From the NCBI RefSeq assembly GCF_938018165.1, contig NZ_CALIIH010000010.1: DNA of 64,000 bases; one strand, given 5' to 3'. The first letter of the stretch is position 1; each line of letters begins with the position of its first letter. The stretch is from Capnocytophaga leadbetteri. Its GTDB lineage: Bacteria; Bacteroidota; Bacteroidia; Flavobacteriales; Flavobacteriaceae. The position numbers and the translations under genes are program-made. Positions 16,519-28,467 of this stretch are shown here, one piece after another. The notes under the pieces are model-generated. The model was not told the origin of the DNA and ran no database searches. It worked only from the letters and a program-made list of their open reading frames with translations.

Positions 16519-17568
16519 ATGGAAAGAAAGAAAATAGTTCGCAAATACAGTATTTTTGCTATTCTTATAGCATTTTGGTTCATTTTCAGATACTTTCCGA
16601 CCTTTACTGAGTGGTTTTATAGTGAAGGTATCTATCCTTTTATTGCTAAACTGCTACATTTAGCCTTTGGATGGGTGCCCTTTTCTATGGGTGATGTGCT
16701 TTATACACTTTTCTTTGTGAGTATCATTATTGGTAGTATAAAGCATTTTAGCAAACTGTGGAAAAAACCGCTTTGGGCTCTTGATAAAGTAGCGAGCAAG
16801 GTCATTCGTATTGCATTGGCCTTCTTTATCTTATGGGGATTCAACTACTTTAGAATGCCCTTATCGGAGCGGCTTGGCATCAGTACTACTTACACTGAAG
16901 CTCAGCTGTATAAGGCTACTGAGGAGGCTATAGTTCGTGCCAATGCATTGCACCAACAATTAGCCCTTAATGATAGTACTAAGGTAACCTTACCTTTCAC
17001 CCACGATGAAATCTACCGCATCGCTCACGAAGCTTATCCTCTAGAAAAAAATGGCATCACCGATTTTCACGCTATCAAGAGTGTAAAATCATCATTATAC
17101 AGCAAGCTACTTACTTATATGGGCTATAGTGGCTACCTAAATCCTTTTACTAACGAGGCACAAGTAAACCGCAAAATGGTAGGTTATGCTATCCCTGTGA
17201 CAGCTTGCCACGAAGTAGCCCACCAAATGGGTTATGCTGCTGAAGAAGAAGCTAATTATTTAGGATATTTGGCAGCTAAGAAGATAGAAAATCCTTATTT
17301 CAGATACAGTGCTGCTCTTTTTGCTTTGCGTTATCTACTATCAGAAGTAGCAAAAGTTTCACCTGAAAAATATGACGATTATTACGCACAAGTACGCAAA
17401 GGTATTCTGGAAAATTACAAAGAAGTACGCCTTTTCTGGCAACAATACAAAAATAAAGCTGAACCTGTATTCAAGTCCAGCTATGATGTTTTTCTGAAAG
17501 CCAACAAACAAAGTGCCGGCATTGATAGCTACGATTTAGTAGTGGGGCTTATCATTAATGATAAATAA
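16519..17568 (+). CDS. DUF3810-like membrane protein with an HExxH-like motif (putative zinc metalloprotease)
   Basis: N-terminal TM helices are present. 'CHEVAHQMGYAAEEEANYLGY' contains HEVAH. Confidence 0.6.
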   Translation: MERKKIVRKYSIFAILIAFWFIFRYFPTFTEWFYSEGIYPFIAKLLHLAFGWVPFSMGDVLYTLFFVSIIIGSIKHFSKLWKKPLWALDKVASKVIRIALAFFILWGFNYFRMPLSERLGISTTYTEAQLYKATEEAIVRANALHQQLALNDSTKVTLPFTHDEIYRIAHEAYPLEKNGITDFHAIKSVKSSLYSKLLTYMGYSGYLNPFTNEAQVNRKMVGYAIPVTACHEVAHQMGYAAEEEANYLGYLAAKKIENPYFRYSAALFALRYLLSEVAKVSPEKYDDYYAQVRKGILENYKEVRLFWQQYKNKAEPVFKSSYDVFLKANKQSAGIDSYDLVVGLIINDK

Positions 17569-17572
17569 CAAA

Positions 17573-17869
17573 CTACAAGAATTTGTTAAGCTCCATTAGT
17601 AGTTCTTTACTATCTCTGAAGCCCTCACCACGCCAAATAAGGCTAAAGTTATTGAAGATAATAACTGTAGGCAAAGTGCTTATTTTTAATGCTTTACTAA
17701 GTTCCTTATTCCTATTTATCTCTACTTTTACTACCTTTACGCGATCTTTAAGTGCGGCTGATACTTCGCGCAATTCGCTATCCATACGCAATGAATTTTC
17801 TATCCCTTCAGAGTAAAAACAAATAAGTACAGGGGTATTCACATTGATGATATCTCCAAATTTTTCCAT
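17573..17869 (-). CDS. Thioredoxin-fold protein without a CxxC motif
   Basis: 98 aa. It has a Trx-like beta-alpha-beta pattern (VLICFYSEG ... LPTVIIF). A -7 box (reverse complement of 17895-17902, TACATTTG) lies upstream. Confidence 0.45.
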   Translation of the reverse strand: MEKFGDIINVNTPVLICFYSEGIENSLRMDSELREVSAALKDRVKVVKVEINRNKELSKALKISTLPTVIIFNNFSLIWRGEGFRDSKELLMELNKFL

Positions 17870-18006
17870 TTTCTTTTTAGTAATAATAATCGCACAAATG
17901 TACGACTATTTTTTGAAATACAAACTTTTTTGCTGAAAATTAGCATTTTGCTGATTATTTAGCTATTTATTAGTTATTTTTTAATTGCTAATTATTAATA
18001 GTTTTG

Positions 18007-18014
18007 TACCTTTG
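18007..18014 (+). promoter_or_regulatory. -7 box TACCTTTG for ccsBA
   Basis: 'gttttgtacctttgcc' lies 9 nt upstream of ATG 18023, in a leaderless-like arrangement. Confidence 0.5.
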
Positions 18015-18022
18015 CCCTTGTT

Positions 18023-20737
18023 ATGATACGAAAAATATTTTCTTTTATTTATTCTACTAAGCTGATGGCAGTGCTTTTCATAGGTTATGCTATTGCTATG
18101 GCAGCAGGCACTTTTATAGAAAATAGCTACGATATGGAGGCTGCACGTATTTGGGTGTACAACACTTGGTGGTTTGAAACTATTACGCTGCTTTTTGTCA
18201 TCAATTTTATAGGAAATATCAAGCGTTTTCAGTTGTTAAAAAAACAAAATTGGGCAGTGCTTGTACTCCATTTAGCATGGATTTTTATCATTATAGGGGC
18301 TGGAATTACTCGTTATATTAGCGATGAGGGGACTCTATCATTACGCGAAGGCGAAACTACTGACTCTTATTTGTCAGACCGCACTTATATCACAGCAATG
18401 GTAGATGGTATATTTGAAGGACAACCGCTGCGAAAAAAGCAACAAAAGGAAGTGCTCTTCTCAGTACACACGCAAAATCATTACCGCTGGGCTTCTGATT
18501 TCAAAGGAAAACCTTTTGAAATAAAATACATTAGTTTTTCAGCTAAAGCCCAAGGGATGAATGCCCTAACACTGGAAATAATATCAGGAGGAGAGCGGCA
18601 ACAAGTAACTGTTATGGGGCGCAAAGGGATGGTACACCCGCCGGTAACAGTGAAGGTCAACCAATTGGACTTTCATCTAAGCTATGGGAGTATCTATGTG
18701 GCGATGCCTTTCAGTATCAAGCTAAACGACTTTATAGCCGAAAAATACCCAGGTACTGAAAATAGTTATTCGTCTTTCAAAAGCAAAGTAACTGTAAGTA
18801 GCAAAGATGAGACCTTTGACGAAGATATTTATATGAACCACATACTTAACTACAAGGGTTATCGCCTATTTCAATCGTCATTTCACCCAGATGAAAAAGG
18901 GACTGTCTTATCAGTAAACCACGATTTCTGGGGTACGCTTGTTACTTATACTGGCTATATACTACTTTTTGGAGGATTATTAGCTTTTATGTGGATAGGA
19001 AAATCAAGGTTTAAAAGACTCAACCAACAGTTGCGCACTCTTCAGCACAAACGTAGTCTCGCAGTATTGCTGCTATTATTATATAGTGCAGTAGCTTCTG
19101 CACAAAATGAGTTACCGGTACCCGATAAGGCACACGCAGCCAAATTTGGGGCTTTGCTTATCCAAGATGATGGTAGGTTTAAGCCTATCAACACTTTTTC
19201 GTCTGAACTGCTCAGAAAATTGAGCAAACACGACACTTACAAAGGAATGAATGCCGACCAAGCACTGCTTTCTATGTTGCTAAGCCCGCAGGCGTGGATG
19301 CAAGAAGAGATTATATATGTAAAAAAAGCCAATGATAGTCTGCATCGCTTTCTGAATGTAGCAGAAGGGCGCAAATGGATTCGTCCGAACGACCTATTTG
19401 ACGCTAAAGGGCAATATAAACTCGCCCCCCTACTAAACGACATATATAGCACCAATAACCCTAACCAGTTTCAGAAAGATTTTAAAGAAGTAGACCAACG
19501 TATCAGCTTACTAAACAGAGCATTATATGGTGATATCTTTAAAATATTCCCTCTACCCCACTCTGATAACCACCGTTGGATTTCGCACTTAGACTATGTA
19601 CGCGACACTCTTTTGATAAGTGATACACAGTACAAACAATTTGTCAAAAATGCACTGCCCGCTTATCTTATCTTAGTACGCGAAGGTATAAATACTGGCG
19701 ACTACAGCCGTGCTGAAAAAGTATTAGACAACATACGTTTGCAGCAAGAACTTTATTCAGCAAAGGTATTGCCTTCGCCTACAAAAGTAGCAGTAGAACT
19801 ATGGTATAATAAGATAAACATCTTTGAGCAGCTTTTTCAAGGCTATTTATATGTAGGTACGCTACTATTTATAGTGTTATTACTACAGATTTTCATTCAG
19901 CATCGCATTTTCAATCTATTTACTAAAATAGGTATTTTCATCTTGTGGATTTTCTTTATCGCACACACACTGGGACTGATAGCCCGCTGGTACATATCGG
20001 GACACGCCCCTTTCAGCGATGCTTATGAGAGTATGATATATGTAGGGTGGTCGGCTATGGGGGCTGGTTTAGTATTCACAAGACGGTCACCCCTAACGGT
20101 AGCTGCTACTGCTTTCGTAACGGCTATGATTCTGATGATTGCCCATTGGAATTGGATGGATCCTGCCATCGGCACTCTACAGCCTGTACTAAATAGTTAT
20201 TGGCTGATGCTACACGTAGCAATAATAGTGGGTAGCTATGGTCCTTTCACACTGGGTATGATATTGGGTATCATCAATTTAGGACTGATGATAATAACTA
20301 CCCGAAAGAATGCTGGCAAACTCAATGCTATACAAGAAGAGCTAACCATAGTAAATGAACTATCGCTAACGGTAGGATTGGTAATGCTAACCATTGGCAA
20401 CTTTTTAGGAGCGATGTGGGCAAATGAGAGCTGGGGTCGTTACTGGGGGTGGGATCCTAAAGAAACATGGGCACTTATCAGCATAATGATATATGGCTTA
20501 GTAATTCACCTACGACTAATACCAAAAATGCAACATCGTTGGGTATTCAACTTTGCCAGTGTAGTAGCTTACTTCAGTATACTGATGACCTATTTTGGGG
20601 TTAATTTTTACCTCAGTGGTATGCATAGTTATGCTTCGGGTGAGCAGATTATTACCCCTGACTTTGTATATTATGCTGTAGGAGGGGTATGTTTATTAGG
20701 AGGTATTTCGGCTTGGAGAGCAAAGCTAATTTGCTAA
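18023..20737 (+). CDS. Cytochrome c biogenesis CcsB(ResB)-CcsA fusion protein (CcsBA, system II)
   Basis: 904 aa. The N-terminal half is ResB-like with TM segments and a periplasmic domain. The C-terminal half carries the CcsA WWD motif 'WANESWGRYWGWDPKETW' and conserved His residues. Confidence 0.85.
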   Translation: MIRKIFSFIYSTKLMAVLFIGYAIAMAAGTFIENSYDMEAARIWVYNTWWFETITLLFVINFIGNIKRFQLLKKQNWAVLVLHLAWIFIIIGAGITRYISDEGTLSLREGETTDSYLSDRTYITAMVDGIFEGQPLRKKQQKEVLFSVHTQNHYRWASDFKGKPFEIKYISFSAKAQGMNALTLEIISGGERQQVTVMGRKGMVHPPVTVKVNQLDFHLSYGSIYVAMPFSIKLNDFIAEKYPGTENSYSSFKSKVTVSSKDETFDEDIYMNHILNYKGYRLFQSSFHPDEKGTVLSVNHDFWGTLVTYTGYILLFGGLLAFMWIGKSRFKRLNQQLRTLQHKRSLAVLLLLLYSAVASAQNELPVPDKAHAAKFGALLIQDDGRFKPINTFSSELLRKLSKHDTYKGMNADQALLSMLLSPQAWMQEEIIYVKKANDSLHRFLNVAEGRKWIRPNDLFDAKGQYKLAPLLNDIYSTNNPNQFQKDFKEVDQRISLLNRALYGDIFKIFPLPHSDNHRWISHLDYVRDTLLISDTQYKQFVKNALPAYLILVREGINTGDYSRAEKVLDNIRLQQELYSAKVLPSPTKVAVELWYNKINIFEQLFQGYLYVGTLLFIVLLLQIFIQHRIFNLFTKIGIFILWIFFIAHTLGLIARWYISGHAPFSDAYESMIYVGWSAMGAGLVFTRRSPLTVAATAFVTAMILMIAHWNWMDPAIGTLQPVLNSYWLMLHVAIIVGSYGPFTLGMILGIINLGLMIITTRKNAGKLNAIQEELTIVNELSLTVGLVMLTIGNFLGAMWANESWGRYWGWDPKETWALISIMIYGLVIHLRLIPKMQHRWVFNFASVVAYFSILMTYFGVNFYLSGMHSYASGEQIITPDFVYYAVGGVCLLGGISAWRAKLIC

Positions 20738-20753
20738 ATTGCCAATTGTTTTT

Positions 20754-20761
20754 TACCTTTG
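20754..20761 (+). promoter_or_regulatory. -7 box TACCTTTG for the MarC-family gene
   Basis: 'ttttttacctttgcggc' lies 20 nt upstream of ATG 20781. Confidence 0.45.
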
Positions 20762-20780
20762 CGGCAAATTTTAATTTTTT

Positions 20781-21368
20781 ATGAATCTACATTTTGACAT
20801 CGTGGAGATAGTCTCTGCTACTATGGTACTATTTGCGGTAATTGATATTATCGGAAGCGTACCTATTATCATCAATCTACGTAAGAAAGCAGGACGCATA
20901 CAATCCGAAAAAACCGCTATTGTGGCAGGCGTCTTATTAGTACTTTTCTTATTTATAGGCAAGCAATTGCTGAATCTATTTGGTGTAACGGTTGAAGCCT
21001 TTGCTGTTGCGGGGTCTTTCATTCTGTTTTTCTTAGCCTTAGAAATGATTTTGGGCATCACCTTATACAAAGGTACTACCCCCGAAACTGCTTCAATTAT
21101 TCCTCTTGCTTTCCCTATAGTAGCGGGAGCGGGTGCACTCACTACTGTGTTGTCGCTTAGGGCTAAATACGGAGTAGAGAATATCATTGTGGCTATTATT
21201 ATCAACATTATAATTGTGTATTTGGTACTAAAATCGTCAGAACGAATAGAGAAGTTTTTAGGCAAACAAGGTATTACTGTTATTCACAATTTCTTTGGGG
21301 TAATACTGTTAGCCATAGCCGTTAATCTTTTTGCTACCAACATCAAAACGATGTTATTTACTAGCTAA
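20781..21368 (+). CDS. MarC-family (UPF0056) integral membrane protein
   Basis: 195 aa with six TM segments and a 'DIIGSVPII' N-terminal motif. Confidence 0.75.
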   Translation: MNLHFDIVEIVSATMVLFAVIDIIGSVPIIINLRKKAGRIQSEKTAIVAGVLLVLFLFIGKQLLNLFGVTVEAFAVAGSFILFFLALEMILGITLYKGTTPETASIIPLAFPIVAGAGALTTVLSLRAKYGVENIIVAIIINIIIVYLVLKSSERIEKFLGKQGITVIHNFFGVILLAIAVNLFATNIKTMLFTS

Positions 21369-21438
21369 CGCTTACCCTAATGACAAGAAACTGACTACTC
21401 ATATCGAGTATTTTTATAACCCTAATATCTAAAACAAA

Positions 21439-22230
21439 ATGCTAAACAAAGAAGATAATTTTTTCCTCTTAGCAGGTCCTTGTGCCATAGAAGGAGAGGA
21501 TATGGCTATGAAAATAGCTGAACGCATTGTTACTATCACTCATAAACTGAATATTCCTTACACTTTCAAAGGAAGTTTTAAAAAAGCTAACCGTAGTAGG
21601 ATTGATTCATTTACTGGTATAGGTGATGAGAAAGCACTGAAAATATTGCAAAAAGTAGGACAAACCTTTGGTGTACCTACTGTTACCGACATTCACCAAG
21701 TAAGTGATGCTGCCCTTGCTGCCGAATATGTAGATGTACTACAGATACCGGCTTTCTTAGTACGCCAAACAGACTTAGTTGTGGCGGCTGCCGAAACAGG
21801 CAAGGTAGTAAACCTAAAAAAAGGACAATTTATGAGTCCTGAAAGTATGCAGTTCGCAGTGCAAAAGGTTTTTGATAGTGGCAACAAAAAAGCCCTCATT
21901 ACTGATAGAGGTACGATGTTTGGTTATCAAGACCTAATTGTTGATTTTAGGGGTATCCCTACAATGCGGCAGTTCGCCCCTGTAGTAATGGATGTAACTC
22001 ACTCTTTACAACAGCCCAACCAACAGACAGGAGTAACAGGAGGCAGACCTGATATGATTGAAACCATAGCTCGAGCTGCTATCGTAAACAATGCTGATGG
22101 ACTATTTATAGAAACCCATTTCGACCCTGCTAATGCTCTAAGCGATGGGGCTAATATGCTACACCTCGACCTACTTGAAGGACTTTTAACGCGATTGGTT
22201 GCCATTCGCAAAACTATCAACGAATTCTAA
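21439..22230 (+). CDS. kdsA: 3-deoxy-8-phosphooctulonate (KDO8P) synthase
   Basis: 'LLAGPCAIE', '[10 protein letters not shown]' and 'DVTHSLQ' are DAHP/KDO8P-synthase family motifs. Length is 263 aa. Confidence 0.9.
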   Translation: MLNKEDNFFLLAGPCAIEGEDMAMKIAERIVTITHKLNIPYTFKGSFKKANRSRIDSFTGIGDEKALKILQKVGQTFGVPTVTDIHQVSDAALAAEYVDVLQIPAFLVRQTDLVVAAAETGKVVNLKKGQFMSPESMQFAVQKVFDSGNKKALITDRGTMFGYQDLIVDFRGIPTMRQFAPVVMDVTHSLQQPNQQTGVTGGRPDMIETIARAAIVNNADGLFIETHFDPANALSDGANMLHLDLLEGLLTRLVAIRKTINEF

Positions 22231-23651
22231 TGAATTATTCTAACGCGCTCTCTAACCCTATTTTCTCTCTAATAAGTACTATTTCCAGCCAAATGGCATT
22301 GGAAAGCTATGTAATTGGTGGCTTTGTTCGCGATTTCTTACTACAAAAGAAATTGCCTAAAGACATTGACATTGTCTCTATCGGCAGTGGTATTTCATTA
22401 GCTGAAAAAGTAGCTGAGCAATTGCCTAATAGCCCTAAAGTATCGGTGTTTAAGAACTTTGGTACCGCTATGATAAAAGCTGATGGCTTAGACATTGAGT
22501 TTGTGGGGGCAAGACGCGAAAGCTATGAGTCTAATTCGCGCAAACCTTATGTAGAGAGTGGCACACTACAAGACGACCAAAATAGACGTGACTTCACCAT
22601 CAACGCAATGGCTTTCTCGCTCAACAAAGATACTTTTGGCGAGTTGATAGATCCGTTTGATGGGTTAGGCGACTTAGAAAGAAAAATTATTCGTACTCCT
22701 TTAGACCCTGATATTACCTACTCAGACGACCCTCTTCGTATGATGCGTGCTATCAGATTTGCTACGCAACTAAACTTTCAGATAGAAGATACTTCACTTA
22801 ATGCTATTAGCAAAAACAAAGAGCGACTACAAATCATCTCTAACGAGCGCATAGTAGATGAACTACATAAGATATTATTAGCTGCTAAACCCTCTATAGG
22901 ACTAAAACTCTTATACGAAACCGGATTATTGCACTATATACTGCCTGAACTTATTGCCCTACAAGGAGTACAAGAGCAAGACGGACAAAGGCATAAGGAT
23001 AACTTTTGGCATACTTTGGAAGTGGTAGACAATATAGCAGAGCATACTGATAATTTATGGTTGCGCTGGGCTGCACTACTACACGATATAGGCAAAGCTC
23101 CTACCAAACGCTTTGACAAGAAAATTGGCTGGACATTTCACGGACACGAATTCGTAGGCAGTAAGATGGTATACCACCTTTTCAAAAGGTTACGTATGCC
23201 ACTAAATGACAAAATGAAGTACGTGCAGAAAATAGTAAAGATGAGTTCGCGCCCTATCGTTATAGCTGAAGACATCGTTACAGATTCAGCCGTAAGGCGT
23301 TTAGTATTTGATGCAGGAGAAGAATTTGAAGACCTAATGACACTCTGCGAAGCCGACATCACTACTAAAAACCCTAAAAAGTTTAAAAAATATCACGATA
23401 ATTTTCAGATAGTACGCCAAAAAGTAGTAGAAGTAGAAGAAAAAGACCATATTCGCAACTTCCAACCTCCTATCTCAGGAGAAGAGATAATGCAAACCTT
23501 CGGATTACCCCCTTCACAACCAGTAGGCGTTCTAAAAGAAGCTATCAAAGAAGCCATATTAGAAGGTAAAATACCTAATGAATACCAAGCTGCTAAGGCT
23601 TTTATGATGGAAAAAGCTAAAAATATGAAATTAATAATGGCGAATGATTAA
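22230..23651 (+). CDS. CCA-adding tRNA nucleotidyltransferase / poly(A) polymerase family with an HD domain
   Basis: The polymerase-beta motif is '[19 protein letters not shown]'. The HD motif is 'HDIGK'. The start overlaps the kdsA stop (TAATG). Confidence 0.8.
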   Translation: MNYSNALSNPIFSLISTISSQMALESYVIGGFVRDFLLQKKLPKDIDIVSIGSGISLAEKVAEQLPNSPKVSVFKNFGTAMIKADGLDIEFVGARRESYESNSRKPYVESGTLQDDQNRRDFTINAMAFSLNKDTFGELIDPFDGLGDLERKIIRTPLDPDITYSDDPLRMMRAIRFATQLNFQIEDTSLNAISKNKERLQIISNERIVDELHKILLAAKPSIGLKLLYETGLLHYILPELIALQGVQEQDGQRHKDNFWHTLEVVDNIAEHTDNLWLRWAALLHDIGKAPTKRFDKKIGWTFHGHEFVGSKMVYHLFKRLRMPLNDKMKYVQKIVKMSSRPIVIAEDIVTDSAVRRLVFDAGEEFEDLMTLCEADITTKNPKKFKKYHDNFQIVRQKVVEVEEKDHIRNFQPPISGEEIMQTFGLPPSQPVGVLKEAIKEAILEGKIPNEYQAAKAFMMEKAKNMKLIMAND

Positions 23652-24136
23652 TCATTCGCCATTATTCTTACATATCGTATGTAGCCTTTACCATTTATCT
23701 TTGTGTTAAGATTTTCTGTTTTAAGCTCTACTTCAGCATCCTGAGTATAATATTTATTATCTTCTACTGCTGTTTCAAAGCGTATTTTATAACCCTTATT
23801 CAGCTTACTATCTTCTATAGTAATCACTTTTACAGCACGCTCTCCCCCACTAATCGTAGCCCCTGTGATACCATCAATAGTCTGCCGCTTGCCATAAAAC
23901 TTCCACCACTCAGTTAGTTCACTATACCACTCAGGGTCATCACCAAGCACCTGTAAGGTCTGTTCGTATTTCCCTTGAGGGTTTATCAGCGAGGCTACAA
24001 TATAAGCCCCATCTCCTTTATAATTAGTAAGTTGTATTAAGCATTTGTATTTTTTAGACGTTGTCTGTTGTACAAATGAGGCTGTAAGCAAAGCCACTAC
24101 AGCTACTAAAGCAGTTATTAAGTATTTCTTTTTCAT
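23648..24136 (-). CDS. DUF2271-like secreted protein
   Basis: It has a signal peptide and '[11 protein letters not shown]'. The DUF assignment is by recall. Confidence 0.45.
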   Translation of the reverse strand: MKKKYLITALVAVVALLTASFVQQTTSKKYKCLIQLTNYKGDGAYIVASLINPQGKYEQTLQVLGDDPEWYSELTEWWKFYGKRQTIDGITGATISGGERAVKVITIEDSKLNKGYKIRFETAVEDNKYYTQDAEVELKTENLNTKINGKGYIRYVRIMAND

Positions 24137-24144
24137 CTAAATTA

Positions 24145-25503
24145 CTATTTTAAAAATTCAACATTTATTCCTTTAAGAGCTTCGTTTTCTTTAGCCAGTT
24201 CATATACTGTCTCACCTAAATCAGTAAGAGCATTTTTGTCTGCCCCTTTGCTAAGTAAAAAGTTTATCACTTCCACATTCTTAGCTATCATAACAGCTTT
24301 TTGCAACGGAGAAAGCCCCTCATTATTCTTCTTATTTATATCGAGTGGATAAGCACTCAATTTCTCTAAAAATTCTAATTTACCTCTTTCTACAGCTGTG
24401 TGATAGAGTGTATTACCCTCGTTATCAACCATCTGTATATCAGCCCCTTTGCTTATCAGTAAGTCTACCATAGGCAAACTATTATTTTCAAAAGCGAATT
24501 GCAGAGCCGTATACCCTTCTTTGCTTCGAGCGTTAATATTATTCGCAGCATTAAGCAAGAGTGTTGCAATTTCAGGGGTATTAAGGGCTGCTGCATTCAT
24601 AAGAGGCGTTCTACCCTCATTATTAGCTTGAGCTGGGTCATTACCTTTTTCTAAAAGATAAGAGAGTACCTCTGTATCGCGATTTTTACCTGCTACTATA
24701 TAAAGTGGCGTTATACCATCACTGTTCACCTGATTAGGTTTTACCCCCAATTGCTCTAAATATTCAAAGAAATCACGTTTATTAGCAGTACGTCTAAAAC
24801 CTCTGGCAGCTGCAAAAAACGCATTTTCACCCTTCTTATTTACATTTTTAGGGTTTATTTTCTTCTTTATCAGAGATTCTATTATACTTTTATTGCCCAT
24901 AGTAGCAGCATAATAGATAGCATTATTGCCATTTGTGTCTGTAGAAGTCAGTTTCAGCCCTTTTTTAATGAAATAATCAGCTTCTTTGAGGTCTTTTAGG
25001 TGAGGAATAAGCATCAACAACAAATTTGCACCATCAGAATTAGTTTCTTTTAGGTTAGCTCCATTTTTCAGCAGTAATTCATAAAGCTCCTTATCTGTCT
25101 GTCCTCCTACGGCAGCAAAAAGTATAGGAGTAAACTGATGAGAGTCGCAACGGTTTATATCAGCCCCCTTACTGATAAGGTATTTCATCACAGGCTGATT
25201 ATTCTGAAAAGCAGCCCAATGCAGGTAAGTACGCTTATCGTGAGTGATTTTATTTACACCATTTCCCTCTAAATCAATAAGATAAGTAATGGTTTCATAA
25301 GGAGCAGCATTAAGTATTGCCATAGAAGTAGCATCAAAAGCACGAGCGTTAAAAGCTGTGGGGCTATTCCCTTCAGCTATCGCTTGTTGCACTTGTGCTA
25401 GCGAAGGCTTCTGCTTCCAATACGCTTCGGTCAGCAAGACATTCGTCTGTGCCCTCATAGTAAGCCCCATAAACACAAGGCATCCTATAAAAAGTTTTCT
25501 CAT
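24145..25503 (-). CDS. Ankyrin-repeat protein with an N-terminal signal peptide
   Basis: It has about 10 or more ANK repeats (TPLxxAAxxGxxxxVxxLLxxGAD patterns recur). The N-terminus is MRKLFIGCLVFMGLTMRAQT. A -7 box (reverse complement of 25532-25539) lies upstream. Confidence 0.8.
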   Translation of the reverse strand: MRKLFIGCLVFMGLTMRAQTNVLLTEAYWKQKPSLAQVQQAIAEGNSPTAFNARAFDATSMAILNAAPYETITYLIDLEGNGVNKITHDKRTYLHWAAFQNNQPVMKYLISKGADINRCDSHQFTPILFAAVGGQTDKELYELLLKNGANLKETNSDGANLLLMLIPHLKDLKEADYFIKKGLKLTSTDTNGNNAIYYAATMGNKSIIESLIKKKINPKNVNKKGENAFFAAARGFRRTANKRDFFEYLEQLGVKPNQVNSDGITPLYIVAGKNRDTEVLSYLLEKGNDPAQANNEGRTPLMNAAALNTPEIATLLLNAANNINARSKEGYTALQFAFENNSLPMVDLLISKGADIQMVDNEGNTLYHTAVERGKLEFLEKLSAYPLDINKKNNEGLSPLQKAVMIAKNVEVINFLLSKGADKNALTDLGETVYELAKENEALKGINVEFLK

Positions 25504-25709
25504 AAAAATCGTTATTTAGAATTAATCGCGGCAAAGATACAAATTAATAACAAATAATAAATATCCATCGACAATTTATTTTTCCCTTTACTTCAGATAT
25601 ACCTACACCGAACGATGAGCGAACAATGAGCGAAGGATAAGCGAAGAAAAACTGAACTCAACCATTTAATAAAAAACTATAACTTTTTGCTTGTTACGTA
25701 TAAAATTAC

Positions 25710-25717
25710 TACTTTTG
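25710..25717 (+). promoter_or_regulatory. -7 box TACTTTTG for alaS
   Basis: 'attactacttttgcagcc' lies 37 nt upstream of the ATG. Confidence 0.4.
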
Positions 25718-25753
25718 CAGCCTCAATATTATTTTATTGTTAATTGAAAATAT

Positions 25754-28390
25754 ATGACTTCACAAGAAATAAGACAGCAATTCCTAAAATTCTTTGAGAG
25801 CAAAGGGCATACCATCGTTCCTTCTGCTCCTATGGTTATTAAAAACGACCCTACCCTGATGTTCACTAACGCGGGTATGAACCAGTTTAAAGAGTTTTTC
25901 CTCGGCAATGCTAAACCTAAACAAACACGTGTGGTTGATACCCAAAAATGTTTGCGCGTATCGGGCAAGCACAACGACCTCGAAGAGGTAGGGCGCGACA
26001 CCTATCACCATACGATGTTCGAGATGCTCGGCAACTGGTCTTTTGGCGACTACTTCAAAAAAGAAGCCATTAGCTGGGCGTGGGAACTGCTCACTGAAGT
26101 ATATAAAATACCAAAAGAACACCTATACGTAACGGTATTTGAAGGTAGCGAGGAAGAGGGCGTGCCTTTCGACCAAGAAGCCTACGATATATGGAAAGAA
26201 CGTATCGCTGAAGACCATATTTTACTCGGAAATAAGAAAGATAACTTCTGGGAAATGGGCGATCAAGGACCTTGTGGCCCTTGTACCGAGATACACGTAG
26301 ATATTCGTTCTGACGAAGAAAAAGCTAAAATAGCAGGGCGCGACTTGGTCAATAAGGACCACCCTCAAGTGATTGAGATTTGGAACAACGTATTTATGGA
26401 GTTCAACCGCAAAGCCGATGGTAGCCTCGAAAAACTCCCTTCTAAAAATGTGGATACAGGTATGGGCTTTGAACGCCTCTGTATGGTTTTGCAGAAAAAG
26501 CAATCGAACTACGACACCGATGTATTTACTCCGCTAATTCAAAAAGTAGAAGAGATAACCAAAAGCAAATACTATAGCGGCAGCAATGTAAGTGCCGAAC
26601 AAGAGCAGACAAATATTGCCATTCGCGTGATTTCAGACCATATCAGGGCGGTGGCTTTTGCCATAGCCGACGGACAGTTGCCTTCTAATAACGGAGCTGG
26701 TTATGTAATACGCCGTATTTTGCGCCGTGCTATCCGCTATGGGTTCACTTTCTTAAACCAAAAAGAACCTTTTATATATAAGCTGGTAGAAACGCTCACC
26801 AAACAGATGGGTAGCACTTTCCCCGAATTAGAAAAGCAGGCATTTATCATTATGAATGTGATAAAAGAAGAGGAAAACTCTTTCTTGCGCACACTCGAAC
26901 AGGGATTGCTAATGCTCGATGTGATGATACAAAATACTACCAATAAACAATTGTCAGGTAGCAAAGCTTTCGAGTTATACGACACTTACGGTTTCCCTAA
27001 AGATTTAACCGCTCTTATACTCTCTGAAAAAGGATTGACTTTAGACGAGGCTGGCTTTGAAGAGAACCTACAAAAGCAAAAAGAGCGTTCACGTGCAGCT
27101 GCCCAAGTAAAAGCAGGCGACTGGGTTGTCCTTCGCGATGACGAAGAAGAAGAATTTATCGGCTACGATACCTTAGAGTCTGTGGTACGCCTTGTGAAAT
27201 ACCGCAAAGTGGAGAGCCAAAAAGACGGCACTCACTACCAATTGGTGTTCAACACTACGCCTTTCTATGCTGAAGGGGGCGGACAAGTAGGTGACAAAGG
27301 TACGCTACAGTCGGCTAATGGCGAGTTGGTATACATATTAGACACTAAAAAGGAGAACAACCTTATCATACACATAGCAGAGCACTTGCCCGAAAACCTA
27401 ACCGACCCATTTAAAGCGGAAGTACATCCGTTGTCGCGTCAGTTGGCGGAGGCTAACCACAGTGCTACCCACCTATTGCACCAAGCCTTACGCGAGGTAT
27501 TGGGTACGCACGTAGAGCAAAAAGGGTCTCGCGTATCGCCAGAAACCCTTCGTTTTGACTTCTCTCACTTTGCTAAAATGACTGATGAAGAATTAAGCGA
27601 AGTAGAACGCATAGTAAACAGACGTATTTGGGAAAAGATTCCATTACAAGAGCACCGCAATATACCTATACAACAAGCGATAGAAGCGGGGGCTATGGCG
27701 CTATTTGGCGAAAAATATGGCGACCACGTGCGAATGATACAATTCGGCGACAGTAGAGAGCTTTGTGGAGGTACTCACGTAAAAAATACTGGTGATATAT
27801 GGTTCTTCAAAATCCTTTCAGAAGGAGCCGTTGCAGCTGGTATTCGTAGGATAGAAGCCATCACTTCTGGAGGGGCTATGAAGTACTTTGCAGAGCAAGA
27901 AAAGTTAGTCGATAATATCAAAACTACCCTCAAAAACGCACAAGACCCTATCAAAGCCATCGTACACCTACAAGAAGAGAATGCTCAACTGCAAAAAGAG
28001 TTAGAGCTACTGAAGAAAGAGCAAGCTAAGAACCTAAAAGTATCTTTGAAAAACGAATTTGCTCCTATCAATGGGGTGCAATGCCTTATCAAACAACTCG
28101 ATTTAGATACTGCTACCCTCAAAGACCTCGCTTTTCAGTTAGGCAATGAGGTAGAAAATCCGTTTATCTTATTCGGTTCAGCATACGAAGGCAAAGCCTT
28201 ATTATTGTGCTATATCGGCAAAGAGCTTGCCCAAGCCAAAGGGTTAGATGCCGGCAAAATAGTAAGAGAGTTAGGCAAATACATACACGGCGGCGGCGGC
28301 GGACAGCCTTTCTTTGCTACAGCAGGCGGTAAAAACCCCGAAGGCATAGCCGAAGCCCTCGAAAAAGCACAGACGCTCGTTAGGGGGTAG
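25754..28390 (+). CDS. alaS: Alanine--tRNA ligase
   Basis: It has the class II aaRS core, the HxxxH editing motif region (HSATHLL), the C-terminal DHHA1-like '[15 protein letters not shown]', and a length of 878 aa. Confidence 0.95.
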   Translation: MTSQEIRQQFLKFFESKGHTIVPSAPMVIKNDPTLMFTNAGMNQFKEFFLGNAKPKQTRVVDTQKCLRVSGKHNDLEEVGRDTYHHTMFEMLGNWSFGDYFKKEAISWAWELLTEVYKIPKEHLYVTVFEGSEEEGVPFDQEAYDIWKERIAEDHILLGNKKDNFWEMGDQGPCGPCTEIHVDIRSDEEKAKIAGRDLVNKDHPQVIEIWNNVFMEFNRKADGSLEKLPSKNVDTGMGFERLCMVLQKKQSNYDTDVFTPLIQKVEEITKSKYYSGSNVSAEQEQTNIAIRVISDHIRAVAFAIADGQLPSNNGAGYVIRRILRRAIRYGFTFLNQKEPFIYKLVETLTKQMGSTFPELEKQAFIIMNVIKEEENSFLRTLEQGLLMLDVMIQNTTNKQLSGSKAFELYDTYGFPKDLTALILSEKGLTLDEAGFEENLQKQKERSRAAAQVKAGDWVVLRDDEEEEFIGYDTLESVVRLVKYRKVESQKDGTHYQLVFNTTPFYAEGGGQVGDKGTLQSANGELVYILDTKKENNLIIHIAEHLPENLTDPFKAEVHPLSRQLAEANHSATHLLHQALREVLGTHVEQKGSRVSPETLRFDFSHFAKMTDEELSEVERIVNRRIWEKIPLQEHRNIPIQQAIEAGAMALFGEKYGDHVRMIQFGDSRELCGGTHVKNTGDIWFFKILSEGAVAAGIRRIEAITSGGAMKYFAEQEKLVDNIKTTLKNAQDPIKAIVHLQEENAQLQKELELLKKEQAKNLKVSLKNEFAPINGVQCLIKQLDLDTATLKDLAFQLGNEVENPFILFGSAYEGKALLLCYIGKELAQAKGLDAGKIVRELGKYIHGGGGGQPFFATAGGKNPEGIAEALEKAQTLVRG

Positions 28391-28442
28391 TCGTTAGAAC
28401 AAATTCGCTAATGGGTAAATTTGCTAATTAATAATTATTTTG

Positions 28443-28450
28443 TACCTTTG
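28443..28450 (+). promoter_or_regulatory. -7 box TACCTTTG
   Basis: 'ttttgtacctttgcac' lies 18 nt upstream of ATG 28468. Confidence 0.45.
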
Positions 28451-28467
28451 CACAAAATCATTTAATA

